Source: Erysipelotrichaceae bacterium (GTDB taxonomy: Bacteria; Bacillota_I; Bacilli_A; RFN20; CAG-826). From it: a DNA stretch of 64,000 nt. The DNA lies in assembly GCA_012837435.1 (NCBI GenBank), contig DURD01000030.1, positions 405-64,404 of the forward strand. The letters run 5' to 3'. The position numbers and the translations under genes are program-made. Positions 1 to 13,857 of the stretch are shown piece by piece. Each line of letters opens with the position of its first letter. The stretch's first letter is position 1. The notes beneath the pieces were generated by a model that saw only the letters and a list, made by a program, of their open reading frames with translations, did not search any database and was not told the DNA's origin.

Positions 1-588
1 AAAGATCATATGGATTTTACGGTCATTGGCGAAACTAGAGACGACGCAATTGGAGAGAGTTACGACAAAGTAGCACGGGTCCTTGGCTTACCTTATCCAG
101 GGGGAGTGCCCATCGATAAATTAGCTAAAGAAGGAAAGCACACTTATAACCTACCTAAACCCTTAGTAGGACAAGATACTTATGATGTTTCTTTTTCGGG
201 CTTAAAGACTAACATAATAAATCTTGTTCATAATTTAGAACAACGCGGCGAAGAGATAAGAATTGCGGATTTATGCCGTAGCTTTCAAGATGTCGCTATT
301 GGCATCATCGTTCAAAAAGTAGTTAAAGCCGTTAAAGAATTCGATGTTAGACAAGTGGTCCTAGCGGGTGGAGTTTCCGCTAATTCGTATTTAAGAGAAC
401 AAATGCAAAATGAATGCAAAAAATTAAATGTCAATCTGGTGATTCCGCCTTTATGGTGTTGCACCGATAATGCAGCGATGATTGCCAAAGTAGCGGAGCG
501 CTTATTCGAAATGAAAGTCTTCGCTTCCTTAGACATAGGTGCAGATTGCAATTGGTCAATCGAAAAATGGAGAGAATTTCAAAATTAA
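1..588 (+). CDS. tsaD: tRNA N6-adenosine threonylcarbamoyltransferase TsaD (Gcp/Kae1 family), C-terminal part; 5' end lies outside the window
   Basis: Frame-1 ORF is open to the window edge. Translated GESYDKVARVLGLPYPGG, VLAGGVSANSYLR and CTDNAAMIA match the conserved C-terminal half of the family. Confidence 0.85.
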   Translation, partial: KDHMDFTVIGETRDDAIGESYDKVARVLGLPYPGGVPIDKLAKEGKHTYNLPKPLVGQDTYDVSFSGLKTNIINLVHNLEQRGEEIRIADLCRSFQDVAIGIIVQKVVKAVKEFDVRQVVLAGGVSANSYLREQMQNECKKLNVNLVIPPLWCCTDNAAMIAKVAERLFEMKVFASLDIGADCNWSIEKWREFQN

Positions 589-636
589 AGTGATTTAAAA
601 CTTTAAATCTTTATAATATTTGGTGAGGAGCGTTTT

Positions 637-2028
637 ATGGAACCAGTAAAAATTACAAATTTTGACCTATATGATATCGTCTTATATGGCGAACAAGAAG
701 AAATCCAATCTCTGGATGTTTTAGAACTAGAAGGTTGGGTGAGAACCAATCGCGATAGCGGTTCAATTGGTTTTATCGAATTTAATGACGGCACTTATTT
801 TAGAAGCGTCCAGTTGGTGTATAGCGAAAAAAGTAAAAACCATGACCTTTTAACTTCGCTAAAAACTGGTTCGGCGATTAGAGTTATTGGCAAACTCATT
901 TTGACGCCAGAAAATAAACAACCTTTTGAAATCCATGTCGAAGATTGTGAACTTGAAGGAGATGTCGCTGATGACTATCCTTTGCAAAAGAAACGCCATT
1001 CCTTTGAGTTTTTAAGAGAAGTAGCCCATGTTCGACCGAGAGCTAATACTTTTCAAGCCGTGTTTCGTCTTAGGAGTGTTCTTTCTTTTGCTATTCACGA
1101 GTTTTTTCAAAGCAATGGTTTTATTTACGTTCACACTCCATTAATTACTACGAACGATGGTGAAGGAGCGGGCAACGTTTTTGACGTAGTGACCCACGAT
1201 ACTGAAGATCCCAATTCATTTTATGGTAGAAGAGTTAATTTAACCGTGACTGGTCAACTGCACGTTGAACCCTTTGCTCTAGCTTTTAGAAACGTCTACA
1301 CCTTTGGTCCCACCTTTAGAGCGGAACACTCCAATACCATTCGACACGCTTCTGAATTTTGGATGATTGAACCAGAGATGGCGTTCGCCGATTTAGATGA
1401 CAATATGCAAGTCATTGAAGATTGCATTAAGTATTGCATCAACTACGTCCTAGCGGCTTGTCCAGATGAGATGGAATTTTTTAACACCGTGATCGATAAA
1501 ACTTTGATTGAAAGATTAAATCATATCGTCGAAAGCGAATTTAAGAAAATGACCTATACTGAAGCTATTGAAATTTTACAAAAAGCTGCAAAAGATGGTT
1601 ATCCTTTTGAAAACAAGAATATTTTCTGGGGCTTAGATTTACAGAGTGAACACGAAAGATATTTGACTGAGAAGGTAGTTAAAGGTCCTCTTTTTCTCAT
1701 CAATTACCCTAGAGAAATCAAAGCATTTTACATGCGCGAAAATGATGATGGCAAAACTGTCGCGGCTTGCGACTTACTTGTGCCAGTCGTAGGGGAGCTA
1801 GTCGGAGGATCTCAAAGAGAGGAACGCTACGAGGTTTTGTTAGAAAAGATGAAAAAACTTGGCAACAATAAAGAATTAGATTGGTATCTTGATACTAGAA
1901 GATATGGTGGATGTAAGCATTCAGGCTTTGGTATTGGTTTTGATCGCTTGTTAATGTATATTACTGGTATGCAAAACATTCGCGATGTCCAAGCTTATCC
2001 GCGGACGTCCAAAACTATTAAATATTAG
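637..2028 (+). CDS. asnS: asparagine--tRNA ligase
   Basis: 463-aa ORF. Class IIb motifs FRAEHSNTIRHASEFWMIEPEMAF and GGSQREER...GFGIGFDRL. SD-like ggtgaggag upstream. Confidence 0.9.
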   Translation: MEPVKITNFDLYDIVLYGEQEEIQSLDVLELEGWVRTNRDSGSIGFIEFNDGTYFRSVQLVYSEKSKNHDLLTSLKTGSAIRVIGKLILTPENKQPFEIHVEDCELEGDVADDYPLQKKRHSFEFLREVAHVRPRANTFQAVFRLRSVLSFAIHEFFQSNGFIYVHTPLITTNDGEGAGNVFDVVTHDTEDPNSFYGRRVNLTVTGQLHVEPFALAFRNVYTFGPTFRAEHSNTIRHASEFWMIEPEMAFADLDDNMQVIEDCIKYCINYVLAACPDEMEFFNTVIDKTLIERLNHIVESEFKKMTYTEAIEILQKAAKDGYPFENKNIFWGLDLQSEHERYLTEKVVKGPLFLINYPREIKAFYMRENDDGKTVAACDLLVPVVGELVGGSQREERYEVLLEKMKKLGNNKELDWYLDTRRYGGCKHSGFGIGFDRLLMYITGMQNIRDVQAYPRTSKTIKY

Positions 2029-2036
2029 GAGAACTG

Positions 2037-2189
2037 ATGATTGAAGAAGTAGCTCAGGTAGAAAAGAATACGCGAAAGATACGTTTTAAAAACCGCATGC
2101 TCTGGTTTTTGATATCTTTGAATTTGATTTTATTTGGCTACCTCGTCTATGAAATAGTAATGATAATCATTACCTTGAGTGCAAAATAA
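2037..2189 (+). CDS. small hypothetical membrane protein (50 aa), absent from the ORF track because it is under 60 aa
   Basis: ATG at 2037 follows aggaga (2027-2032). Hand translation: MIEEVAQVEKNTRKIRFKNRMLWFLISLNLILFGYLVYEIVMIIITLSAK, a basic N-terminus plus one hydrophobic helix. The stop is followed directly by a terminator hairpin. Confidence 0.45.
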   Translation: MIEEVAQVEKNTRKIRFKNRMLWFLISLNLILFGYLVYEIVMIIITLSAK

Positions 2190-2192
2190 AAG

Positions 2193-2213
2193 ACCCTTGC
2201 CCAAGGGTTTTTT
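2193..2213. terminator. bidirectional rho-independent terminator between convergent genes
   Basis: Stem accctt/aagggt with loop gccc, a T-run downstream and an A-run upstream. Confidence 0.7.
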
Positions 2214-2874
2214 ACTGTTGAAGAGAATCAGGATTAGGAGGCAGAGTATTTTGATTAAAGTTTTCAAGACTTTTTTCGAAGACTTTTTTCGATAACTCTA
2301 TCGCTCGCAGTGTTCTCGCTAAATAGCCTTGAGAAACGATTAGATACCATAATAAACCAATAAAACTGAAGACGACAAAAACATAAGAATAAATCGCTTC
2401 CATGACAAAATGAGGTTCGTTAGAAACTTTCGGCCAATCCGATAAGACTGTCACTCCGAAGATATTAGAGTAAATCTCTGGATCAGAAAAATCCCAAGTG
2501 TAAACTAAAGTGCCAAAGCCATCGACCGTATTAAAAGGATTATATGTCCAATCTCCCCCATTTCGATAGTTGTGAATAGCTAGAGCGCTGAAGCCTATCA
2601 ATATAAATATTAAAGGCAACCACGCTTGCTTAATAAAATAACGGAGATTTTTCTTTCTGGCATATTTCCTTAGTTGTCGAGGGTTGGTCACAATTCTATT
2701 TATGACGACGTCGCTAATCAAGGTATCGCATTTTCTCCCTTGAAATTTCATGGTTTTAACGACGAGAGAACCGATTAAACCGATGATGACAAAAACCAAA
2801 ATTATGGCAATGGTAATGCCGATAATCAATCTCTTATCATTTTCTGTCAAGCTGAGTAAGAATAAGGTTTTCAT
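2212..2874 (-). CDS. hypothetical membrane protein (about 3 TM segments)
   Basis: 220-aa ORF with hydrophobic helices; no family recognised. Last gene of a 3-gene minus-strand cluster. Confidence 0.6.
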   Translation of the reverse strand: MKTLFLLSLTENDKRLIIGITIAIILVFVIIGLIGSLVVKTMKFQGRKCDTLISDVVINRIVTNPRQLRKYARKKNLRYFIKQAWLPLIFILIGFSALAIHNYRNGGDWTYNPFNTVDGFGTLVYTWDFSDPEIYSNIFGVTVLSDWPKVSNEPHFVMEAIYSYVFVVFSFIGLLWYLIVSQGYLARTLRAIELSKKVFEKSLENFNQNTLPPNPDSLQQ

Positions 2875-2913
2875 TGTTTTCTCCAGTTGTTTTATGGTTT
2901 TTTATTCGCGGTT

Positions 2914-3201
2914 TTATTTTTTTCTATTCTCTAAAACGTCGGGGTTAACGTGGGGGTAAGAGTAAGAAGGAGAAGCGAGAGTTTTTTCGTTAGCTTTAGC
3001 GCGCATCTGCCTTAATTTTTTATCCTCGGGTAATTCAGGAAAGAATTTTTGACCGGTGAAGAAATAAAAAATAGAAAGGAGCAATTGAAAAATAAATGCG
3101 ATTAAGCCAAATGCGGCAAATAGCAATAGGGCCACGATAAAGAAAGGTAATCCTATGACATACAATATGCCCTTTCCAAACATTTTTAATAAATCGACCA
3201 T
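2914..3201 (-). CDS. hypothetical small membrane protein (2 TM)
   Basis: 95-aa ORF with two hydrophobic helices and a charged C-terminal tail. Lies between two co-oriented membrane genes. Confidence 0.55.
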   Translation of the reverse strand: MVDLLKMFGKGILYVIGLPFFIVALLLFAAFGLIAFIFQLLLSIFYFFTGQKFFPELPEDKKLRQMRAKANEKTLASPSYSYPHVNPDVLENRKK

Positions 3202-3219
3202 AAGTATTACTATTTTAGT

Positions 3220-4107
3220 TTATTGGTGCAAACATAGTAAATAATTTTTTACGAAACTCACTACCGCAGTAGAAAAAGAAAACAAACCAAACAAAAGAAA
3301 ACCATAGGGTTCGGCAATATGTTTATAGGTAAAAACAAAACTGAAAAAGGAAAGGATTAAAGTTACGGCAATTAAGATATAGAAGGACTTCTTTTGAGAC
3401 ATCAGCAAATCAAACAATAAAAAGAAAGCAAAATAAAACGAAATAGCGGTAAACACAAAACAATAAGAACTGTTAAATAATGCGAACGAAAATGAAAGGA
3501 TTAGGCAAATTAGTAAACCAGCGATATACGGCATAAAAGAAGAGACCCGTGTCTGTATTTTGATACCGATTTTACCGATTTCACTAAGTAAAACAAAAAT
3601 ACTCAAAATGCTTTGAGCAAGAGAAATTAGATAAATAAATAAATGGGTAATTTCCTCTCTATAAGCAAAATCTTGCAATTTGAAAATCGCTAAAACAGAA
3701 AAAACAAAATCGGTGCTACCAATTAAGTTTATTAAAGGAATGAAGAGATATGTTAAAAAAGCTTGAATGACACTTGAAACTAGTATCATCCAAAAAGGAT
3801 TGGTTTTATATTCTAGCATCAAGCCCACAAAGAAACCGGTAATCACCGCGGGAACTATATAAAAAATCGTATCAGAAATATTGAATATTAAGCATAAGCC
3901 GATGCTCGCAAGGGCGTACACTATGTATAGTCTTTTTAAACAATAATAAGCGACGATAGAACTCACTAAAGGCAAAATGATGATTAAGAGCAAGATGGAG
4001 ATCGGTAAATAAGTGGCCAAGATGATAAAAATAAGGTTGATAGCCGACATGACGGCCATATAGGTCATATTGCTGACAATCGTCGTTTTCTTTTTAAGAA
4101 TCGCCAT
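3220..4107 (-). CDS. hypothetical polytopic membrane protein
   Basis: 295-aa ORF, almost entirely hydrophobic helices; no family recognised. Confidence 0.65.
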   Translation of the reverse strand: MAILKKKTTIVSNMTYMAVMSAINLIFIILATYLPISILLLIIILPLVSSIVAYYCLKRLYIVYALASIGLCLIFNISDTIFYIVPAVITGFFVGLMLEYKTNPFWMILVSSVIQAFLTYLFIPLINLIGSTDFVFSVLAIFKLQDFAYREEITHLFIYLISLAQSILSIFVLLSEIGKIGIKIQTRVSSFMPYIAGLLICLILSFSFALFNSSYCFVFTAISFYFAFFLLFDLLMSQKKSFYILIAVTLILSFFSFVFTYKHIAEPYGFLLFGLFSFSTAVVSFVKNYLLCLHQ

Positions 4108-4163
4108 AACAATATTTTACATTTTTTTGTGAAAATAATCACAAATACTTATATACTAGTTTT

Positions 4164-4625
4164 ATGCATATCAAATCTACGATGTTGCCAGTTCTGATGA
4201 TGGCAACACTGCTCTCTTGTTCGCCGGGACAAGTAGGGGAGAGCTCCGTAAGGAGCCAAAGTGAAATTGATATAGTCAACGAACAGCAAATTACTTGGGA
4301 ACAATTATTCATTCCTTCTGAAGACCATTATTTAGTTTTCTTTTATTCCCACACTTGCGAAAATTGTCGAGAGATTAAGGATGAAGTCATCGCTTTTGCT
4401 TTAGATGATATCGTTCCTATGTATTTTATCGATATAAAAAATTCTCAAAATGATATCCCTATAACTAGCGATGTGGAATCTAGTTATGGGGCAAGTGAAA
4501 TTGAGGAGGTATCTATTCTCGGAGTCCCCACCTTGATTGAAATATATGAGGGGTATATTGTGTGCAATGTCGCGGGTAAAGACCACTGTTTGACCTTGTT
4601 AAATGAAAAACGTCTAATTAATTGA
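4164..4625 (+). CDS. thioredoxin-fold lipoprotein (putative extracytoplasmic thiol-disulfide oxidoreductase)
   Basis: N-terminal signal sequence ending in the lipobox-like LLSC. CxxC motif in FFYSHTCENCREIK. GVPT near the C-terminus, as in the thioredoxin cis-Pro loop. Confidence 0.6.
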   Translation: MHIKSTMLPVLMMATLLSCSPGQVGESSVRSQSEIDIVNEQQITWEQLFIPSEDHYLVFFYSHTCENCREIKDEVIAFALDDIVPMYFIDIKNSQNDIPITSDVESSYGASEIEEVSILGVPTLIEIYEGYIVCNVAGKDHCLTLLNEKRLIN

Positions 4626-4674
4626 ATATCGTTGCAGAGCCACGCCTTTTTTGATAATATATTATCAACAGTAT

Positions 4675-9165
<4,491 letters not shown>

Positions 9166-9166
<1 letters not shown>

Positions 9167-10626
9167 TGAACTACCTATCTTTATCACTTACGGAAATTCA
9201 TCAGGCTTTAGTTAGTAAAGAAGTCACTCCCTTAGAATTAACTAAACAAGCTCTAGCGTTAATTAGAGCCGATAAAAATAACGCCTTTGAATACGTCTTA
9301 GAAAAAGAAGCTCTCCACTTAGCGGAGCAATTATCTAACGAAGAACCGGAAGACGATAATATTTTTTGGGGCGTTCCTTTTACCATTAAAGATAATTTTT
9401 CCACGAAGGGTATTCCGACATGCGCTTCCTCTAAATTACTAGAAGGATATGTTCCAGTTTTTTCTTCAGAAGTTTATCAGAAACTATTAAACGCTAAAGC
9501 CGTACTTATCGCTAAAACTACTCTAGATGAACTAGCGATGGGAGGAACGGGTTCCAGTGGTCATAAAGGTAAAACTTTCAATCCTTGGGATAAAAGTCAA
9601 ACTCGGATGATGGGTGGTTCTTCTTGTGGATCCGCCGCGAGTTGTGCGAGTGGAATCGTCCCTTTTTCCATTGGTTCAGATACCGGAGATAGCGTGAGAA
9701 AACCCGCCTCTTACGGAGGTTTAGTGGGATTCAAACCGACCTGGGGTTTAATTTCCCGCTTTGGCCTATTTCCTTTTGCTCCTTCTTTAGATACGGTGGC
9801 TTATTTTACGAGAAATGTTATCGATAGCGCTCATCTATTAAATCTCCTCGCTGGACATGATAAAAAAGACATGACTTCCGCGAAAGAGAAAAAGATTGAT
9901 TATGTAAAAAACATCGATAAAAAGCCCCCCTTTATTTTGGGAATAATTGAGGAAATATATAGCGAAATAAGCGACACGGGTATTAGAAATGCTTTTGAAA
10001 ACAGTTTAGAGGAATTAAAGAAAAAAGGCCTGATTATTAAACGTTTTTCGCTCGATAGCAGAATCGCTAAAGCCATCTATCCGACTTACTATATTATTTC
10101 TAGCGCTGAAGCGACGAGCAATAACGCTAATCTCGATGGCATTAAATTCGGTATGCACCTAATGGGCGATAGTTACGAAGAGATGCTTTACAAAGTGAGA
10201 ACGACTGGCTTTTCTAACCGTATTAAAAGACGCTTTGTTATCGGCGGTCTTTCCTTACTAGAAGAAAACCAACAAGAAATATATTTACGAGCGCTTCGAA
10301 GTCGAAGAGTTATTGTTAACGCCCTTAACGATATCTTAAAACAGTGCGATGCTATATATTTGCTGGCTTCTCCCACAATCGCTAAACCCTTTGGCGAAGA
10401 CGTTCCCACTAAATCATTTGATAGGGACGCTAATATTGCCGAGAACTATTTAGCGATGGGTAATTTAGGAGGATACCCTTCTTTAACTTTACCTTTGGGT
10501 TTTAAAAATGGAATGCCTTTTGGTGTCAATCTAACCGGAGCGATTTTTAAAGACGCCACCGTCCTTCAAATTGCCAAAATAGTGGAAGACGTGACGGGAT
10601 TAAAGAATTTATTACCGGAGAAATAA
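9166..10626 (+). CDS. gatA: Asp/Glu-tRNA amidotransferase subunit A
   Basis: Amidase signature GGSSCGSAASCASG...GSDTGDSVRKPAS. 486 aa. Confidence 0.9.
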
Positions 10627-10627
10627 G

Positions 10628-12028
10628 ATGAGTTATCTAGCAGTTGTGGGATTAGAAATACATATGCAGTTGTTGAGCAAAACCAAGTTATTTTCTTATG
10701 CTCCCATTTCGTTTGGCAAAAAACCTAACAGTCAAGTTTCTCCTCTTGATATGGCTTTTCCTGGCGCTATGCCTTCGGTCAATAAAAGCTGTGTGGTTTC
10801 CGCTTTGAGGATGGCGAATGCTCTTCATATGAAAATTAATAATGTTGTTTCTTTTGACCGCAAAAATTATTTTTATAGCGACCTAGCAAAAGGCTATCAA
10901 TTAACTCAGTTTTTTAATCCTCTAGGAAGAGAGGGCTATTTAACTATTTCTACTCCAAAAGGAGAAAAAAAGATTCGCATTAATCGCTTGCATTTAGAAG
11001 AAGATACCGCTAAACAAATCCATCTAGAAAATGAAACATTATTAGATTTCAATCGGGCAGGGATTGGCTTAATTGAGATTGTCACCGCTCCCGATATTAG
11101 AAGCGGTAAAGAAGCCGAACAATTTGTCAGGCAAATCAATAGGCTGGCTACTAAACTCAAAGTGACCAATAACAAATTGCAAGAAGGGACATTACGGGTG
11201 GATGTCAACATATCTTTGCAAAAAGAAGATAGCAACGAAATAGGGGTGGCTGTTGAACTAAAGAATCTCAATGGCTTTAAAAACATCAGGCGCGCTATCG
11301 ATGCGGAAATAAAAAGACAAAAACAACTTTTAGAAAGCGGAGAACGATTACAACCAGAAACTAGAAGATATGACGAAACACAGAATATGACAGTCTTCAT
11401 GCGCTATAAGAAAACTAAAAAAGATTACCATTATTTTGTCGATGCTAATATCGCTCCCATTAAGTTAAGTAAAAAATTTATTTTAGAAGCCCTCAATACT
11501 CCAGAAAAGAAAGACCCTCTAGAAAACTATCCTTTAAAACTAGAAGATAAAACCATTATTTCTCGTTCCCCCTATTTGAAGAAACTATTTTTAAAGTTAG
11601 TAAAAAACGGAGTTACTACCGAAATATCTTCGAATCTATTAATTGGTAAAATACAAGCGTCTATTAAAAAATATGGGGTGAATAAAGTCAAAAAAATTGA
11701 AAAAGATACTATCGATTTGTTGCTTTTTTACCAAGAAGAAAAGCTGACCTTTACCCAGGTCTCCGCTATCTACGACGAATTATTAGCGAATAAATCCTTA
11801 AAAGAAATATATAATAGTGGTGGCTATTCTCTTAAAACAAGCGATGAACAATTATCTGAAATCATCGATGAAGTTTTGTTAGAATGTGATAAAGCGATAC
11901 AAGATTATCGCCTGGGCAAAGATAAATCTCTAAACTATATTATTGGAAAGATATATAAAAGGACTAACAACAATGTAGACCCCATTAAAACAAAAGAATT
12001 ACTACTTAAAAAATTGGAGGAAAAATGA
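10628..12028 (+). CDS. gatB: Asp/Glu-tRNA amidotransferase subunit B
   Basis: 466 aa. N-terminal GLEIHMQL, HLEEDTAK and VDVNIS motifs typical of GatB. Confidence 0.9.
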   Translation: MSYLAVVGLEIHMQLLSKTKLFSYAPISFGKKPNSQVSPLDMAFPGAMPSVNKSCVVSALRMANALHMKINNVVSFDRKNYFYSDLAKGYQLTQFFNPLGREGYLTISTPKGEKKIRINRLHLEEDTAKQIHLENETLLDFNRAGIGLIEIVTAPDIRSGKEAEQFVRQINRLATKLKVTNNKLQEGTLRVDVNISLQKEDSNEIGVAVELKNLNGFKNIRRAIDAEIKRQKQLLESGERLQPETRRYDETQNMTVFMRYKKTKKDYHYFVDANIAPIKLSKKFILEALNTPEKKDPLENYPLKLEDKTIISRSPYLKKLFLKLVKNGVTTEISSNLLIGKIQASIKKYGVNKVKKIEKDTIDLLLFYQEEKLTFTQVSAIYDELLANKSLKEIYNSGGYSLKTSDEQLSEIIDEVLLECDKAIQDYRLGKDKSLNYIIGKIYKRTNNNVDPIKTKELLLKKLEEK

Positions 12029-13045
12029 ATGGCTATTTTAGTTACAGGCGGAACAGGATATATCGGTTCTCACACAGTCGTAGAATTATTAAACAGCGGC
12101 TACAAAGTGATCATTGTCGATAATTACACTAATTCTAAACCAGAAGTTTTAAATCGCATTTACCAAATTACGAATAAGAAACCAAAATTTTATGAAGTCG
12201 ATGTCTGCGATTTAGATAAGATGGAACAGATATTTGCTAAAGAAAAAATCACGGACATCATCCATTTCGCGGGTCTTAAAAGCGTCGCTGAATCAGTAGA
12301 AAAACCTCAACTATATTTTGATAACAACATCGGGGGTAGCAAGGTTTTATTAGAACTAATGGATAAATATGACGTCAAAAATATTGTCTTTTCTAGCAGT
12401 GCCACCGTCTACGGCATTCCTGAGCATGTCCCTCTTAAAGAAAGCGATAAAGTGGGAGGCTGCACTAATCCTTATGGACAAACAAAATTAGAAATCGAAT
12501 ATCATTTGATGAATTACTCTAAAAGTCATCCGGACGCTAACATCGCTATCCTCCGTTACTTTAATCCTATCGGTGCCCATGTCAGTGGCCTAATCGGCGA
12601 AGATCCTCAAGGTATCCCCAATAACCTAATGCCTTATATTACTCAAGTAGCCATCGGTAAACGTCCACATCTAAATGTTTATGGGAACGACTACAAGACA
12701 GTCGATGGTACGGGAGTAAGAGATTATATTCACGTCGTGGATTTAGCTTATGGTCACTTATGCGCTCTTAAGAAGCTAGAAGAAAAACCAGGTTTAGTAA
12801 TTTATAATCTCGGCACCGGTAAAGGAACAAGTGTTTTAGAACTTGTCCATGCTTTTGAAAAAGCTAATCATATTAAAATTCCTTACATAATCTGCAACAG
12901 GCGTCCAGGTGATGTCGATGAAAACTATGCAGAAGTCAGCAAGGCCTATAAAGAAATGAACTTTAAAACAAAACTGAATATTGAAGATGCTTGTCGCGAT
13001 TCGTGGAGGTGGCAATCTCAAAATCCTAATGGTTACGACGAGTAA
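12029..13045 (+). CDS. galE: UDP-glucose 4-epimerase
   Basis: GGTGYIGSH Rossmann motif and catalytic YGQTK (YxxxK). 338 aa. Confidence 0.85.
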   Translation: MAILVTGGTGYIGSHTVVELLNSGYKVIIVDNYTNSKPEVLNRIYQITNKKPKFYEVDVCDLDKMEQIFAKEKITDIIHFAGLKSVAESVEKPQLYFDNNIGGSKVLLELMDKYDVKNIVFSSSATVYGIPEHVPLKESDKVGGCTNPYGQTKLEIEYHLMNYSKSHPDANIAILRYFNPIGAHVSGLIGEDPQGIPNNLMPYITQVAIGKRPHLNVYGNDYKTVDGTGVRDYIHVVDLAYGHLCALKKLEEKPGLVIYNLGTGKGTSVLELVHAFEKANHIKIPYIICNRRPGDVDENYAEVSKAYKEMNFKTKLNIEDACRDSWRWQSQNPNGYDE

Positions 13046-13090
13046 AATTATGGTCACTACCTTTTAAAATCTATAGTAAAATGCTTCTAT

Positions 13091-13167
13091 GCGCTTGTAG
13101 CTCAGCTGGACAGAGCGCTTCCCTCCTAAGGAAGAAGTCGAACGTTCGAATCGTTTCAAGCGCGCCA
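13091..13167 (+). tRNA. tRNA-Arg (anticodon CCU), CCA encoded
   Basis: Hand-folded cloverleaf: acceptor gcgcttg/caagcgc, anticodon stem cttcc/ggaag, loop cTCCTaa, T-loop ttcgaat. Confidence 0.85.
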
Positions 13168-13291
13168 AAAATGTTCATTTTATTTAAATTACGTTCTAAA
13201 ATTAGTAAGAACTTTTTATCTCACTAAATAAAAAAAGTTAGTGTTAAGAACGCAACTAAGTCTGGGCTTTTAAATTTAAATTGAAAAAATA

Positions 13292-13319
13292 TTGTTTAGT
13301 CCGCTAATTATTGTATAAT
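13292..13319 (+). promoter_or_regulatory. putative promoter of tRNA-Ala (extended -10)
   Basis: ttgttt, 16-nt spacer ending in tg, then tataat (13314-13319), 14 nt before the tRNA. Confidence 0.5.
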
Positions 13320-13332
13320 TAATAGCGCTGTT

Positions 13333-13408
13333 GGGTCCGTAGCTCACCTGGGAGAGCGCCTCCATGGCATGGAGGAGGTAGCGAGTTCGATCCTCGTCGG
13401 ATCCACCA
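13333..13408 (+). tRNA. tRNA-Ala (anticodon GGC), CCA encoded
   Basis: Cloverleaf with acceptor gggtccg/cggatcc including the G3:U70 alanine identity pair. Anticodon loop atGGCat, T-loop ttcgatc. Confidence 0.85.
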
Positions 13409-13423
13409 AAAACCTAACAAATA

Positions 13424-13451
13424 AGAACTTATCCTCTAGGTTCTTTTTTTG
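13424..13451 (+). terminator. weak rho-independent terminator after tRNA-Ala
   Basis: agaac...gttct 5-bp stem (alternative aaccta/taggtt) followed by T7. Confidence 0.45.
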
Positions 13452-13482
13452 AATCTAAAGTATTATTCATTTTTCTTGACAA

Positions 13483-13516
13483 ACACTTAATACAGTTAGT
13501 ACACTTAATACAGTTA
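13483..13516 (+). repeat. perfect tandem direct repeat, 2 x ACACTTAATACAGTTA (period 18), overlapping the promoter and start codon of the GntR gene; candidate operator
   Basis: Copies at 13483-13498 and 13501-13516, read directly. TTGACA -35 at 13476-13481. TACACT (13500-13505) is a possible -10 with an 18-nt spacer. Confidence 0.6.
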
Positions 13517-13857
13517 TGAAATTCGTTGCAAACGTTCCTCTTTTTGTTCAAATTAAACTCTACTATCAGAGGCTCATTGATACTGGTGTTTTAAAGGCGG
13601 GCGAATATATGCCTTCGGTAAGAGAAGTTTCTCTGCTCAAAGGAGTCAATCCTAACACTGTGCAGAAAGCCTTTTCCTTATTAACGAGCGAAGGATACAT
13701 TACACCTATTATGGGTAAAGGCAATATCATCAATAAGATTAAGAAAAAGAAAAGTCGAGAAGAGCGTTTGTTGCAAATGCTTAATGAAATAAAAGAAGCA
13801 GGATTTAAAAAAGAAGACATTATAAGAGTCTTAGAAAAAACGGAGGATTCGTTATGA
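13516..13857 (+). CDS. GntR-family transcriptional regulator, short YtrA-like subfamily
   Basis: 113 aa. wHTH segment MPSVREVSLLKGVNPNTVQKAFSLLTSEGYI. First gene of an operon with an ABC ATPase. Confidence 0.8.
   Translation: MKFVANVPLFVQIKLYYQRLIDTGVLKAGEYMPSVREVSLLKGVNPNTVQKAFSLLTSEGYITPIMGKGNIINKIKKKKSREERLLQMLNEIKEAGFKKEDIIRVLEKTEDSL

Noticed and set aside
589-636. T-box leaders upstream of the aaRS genes asnS and glnS.
   Set aside because: The upstream spacers are only about 48 nt and about 45 nt after the preceding terminator. That is far too short for a T-box, and no T-box sequence is seen.
13220-13236. Identical 17-mer CTCACTAAATAAAAAAA here and at 37006-37022.
   Set aside because: It is low complexity, with half of it an A-run. 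A single 17-nt match between two AT-rich intergenic regions in 64 kb is within chance expectation, and the flanks do not align.
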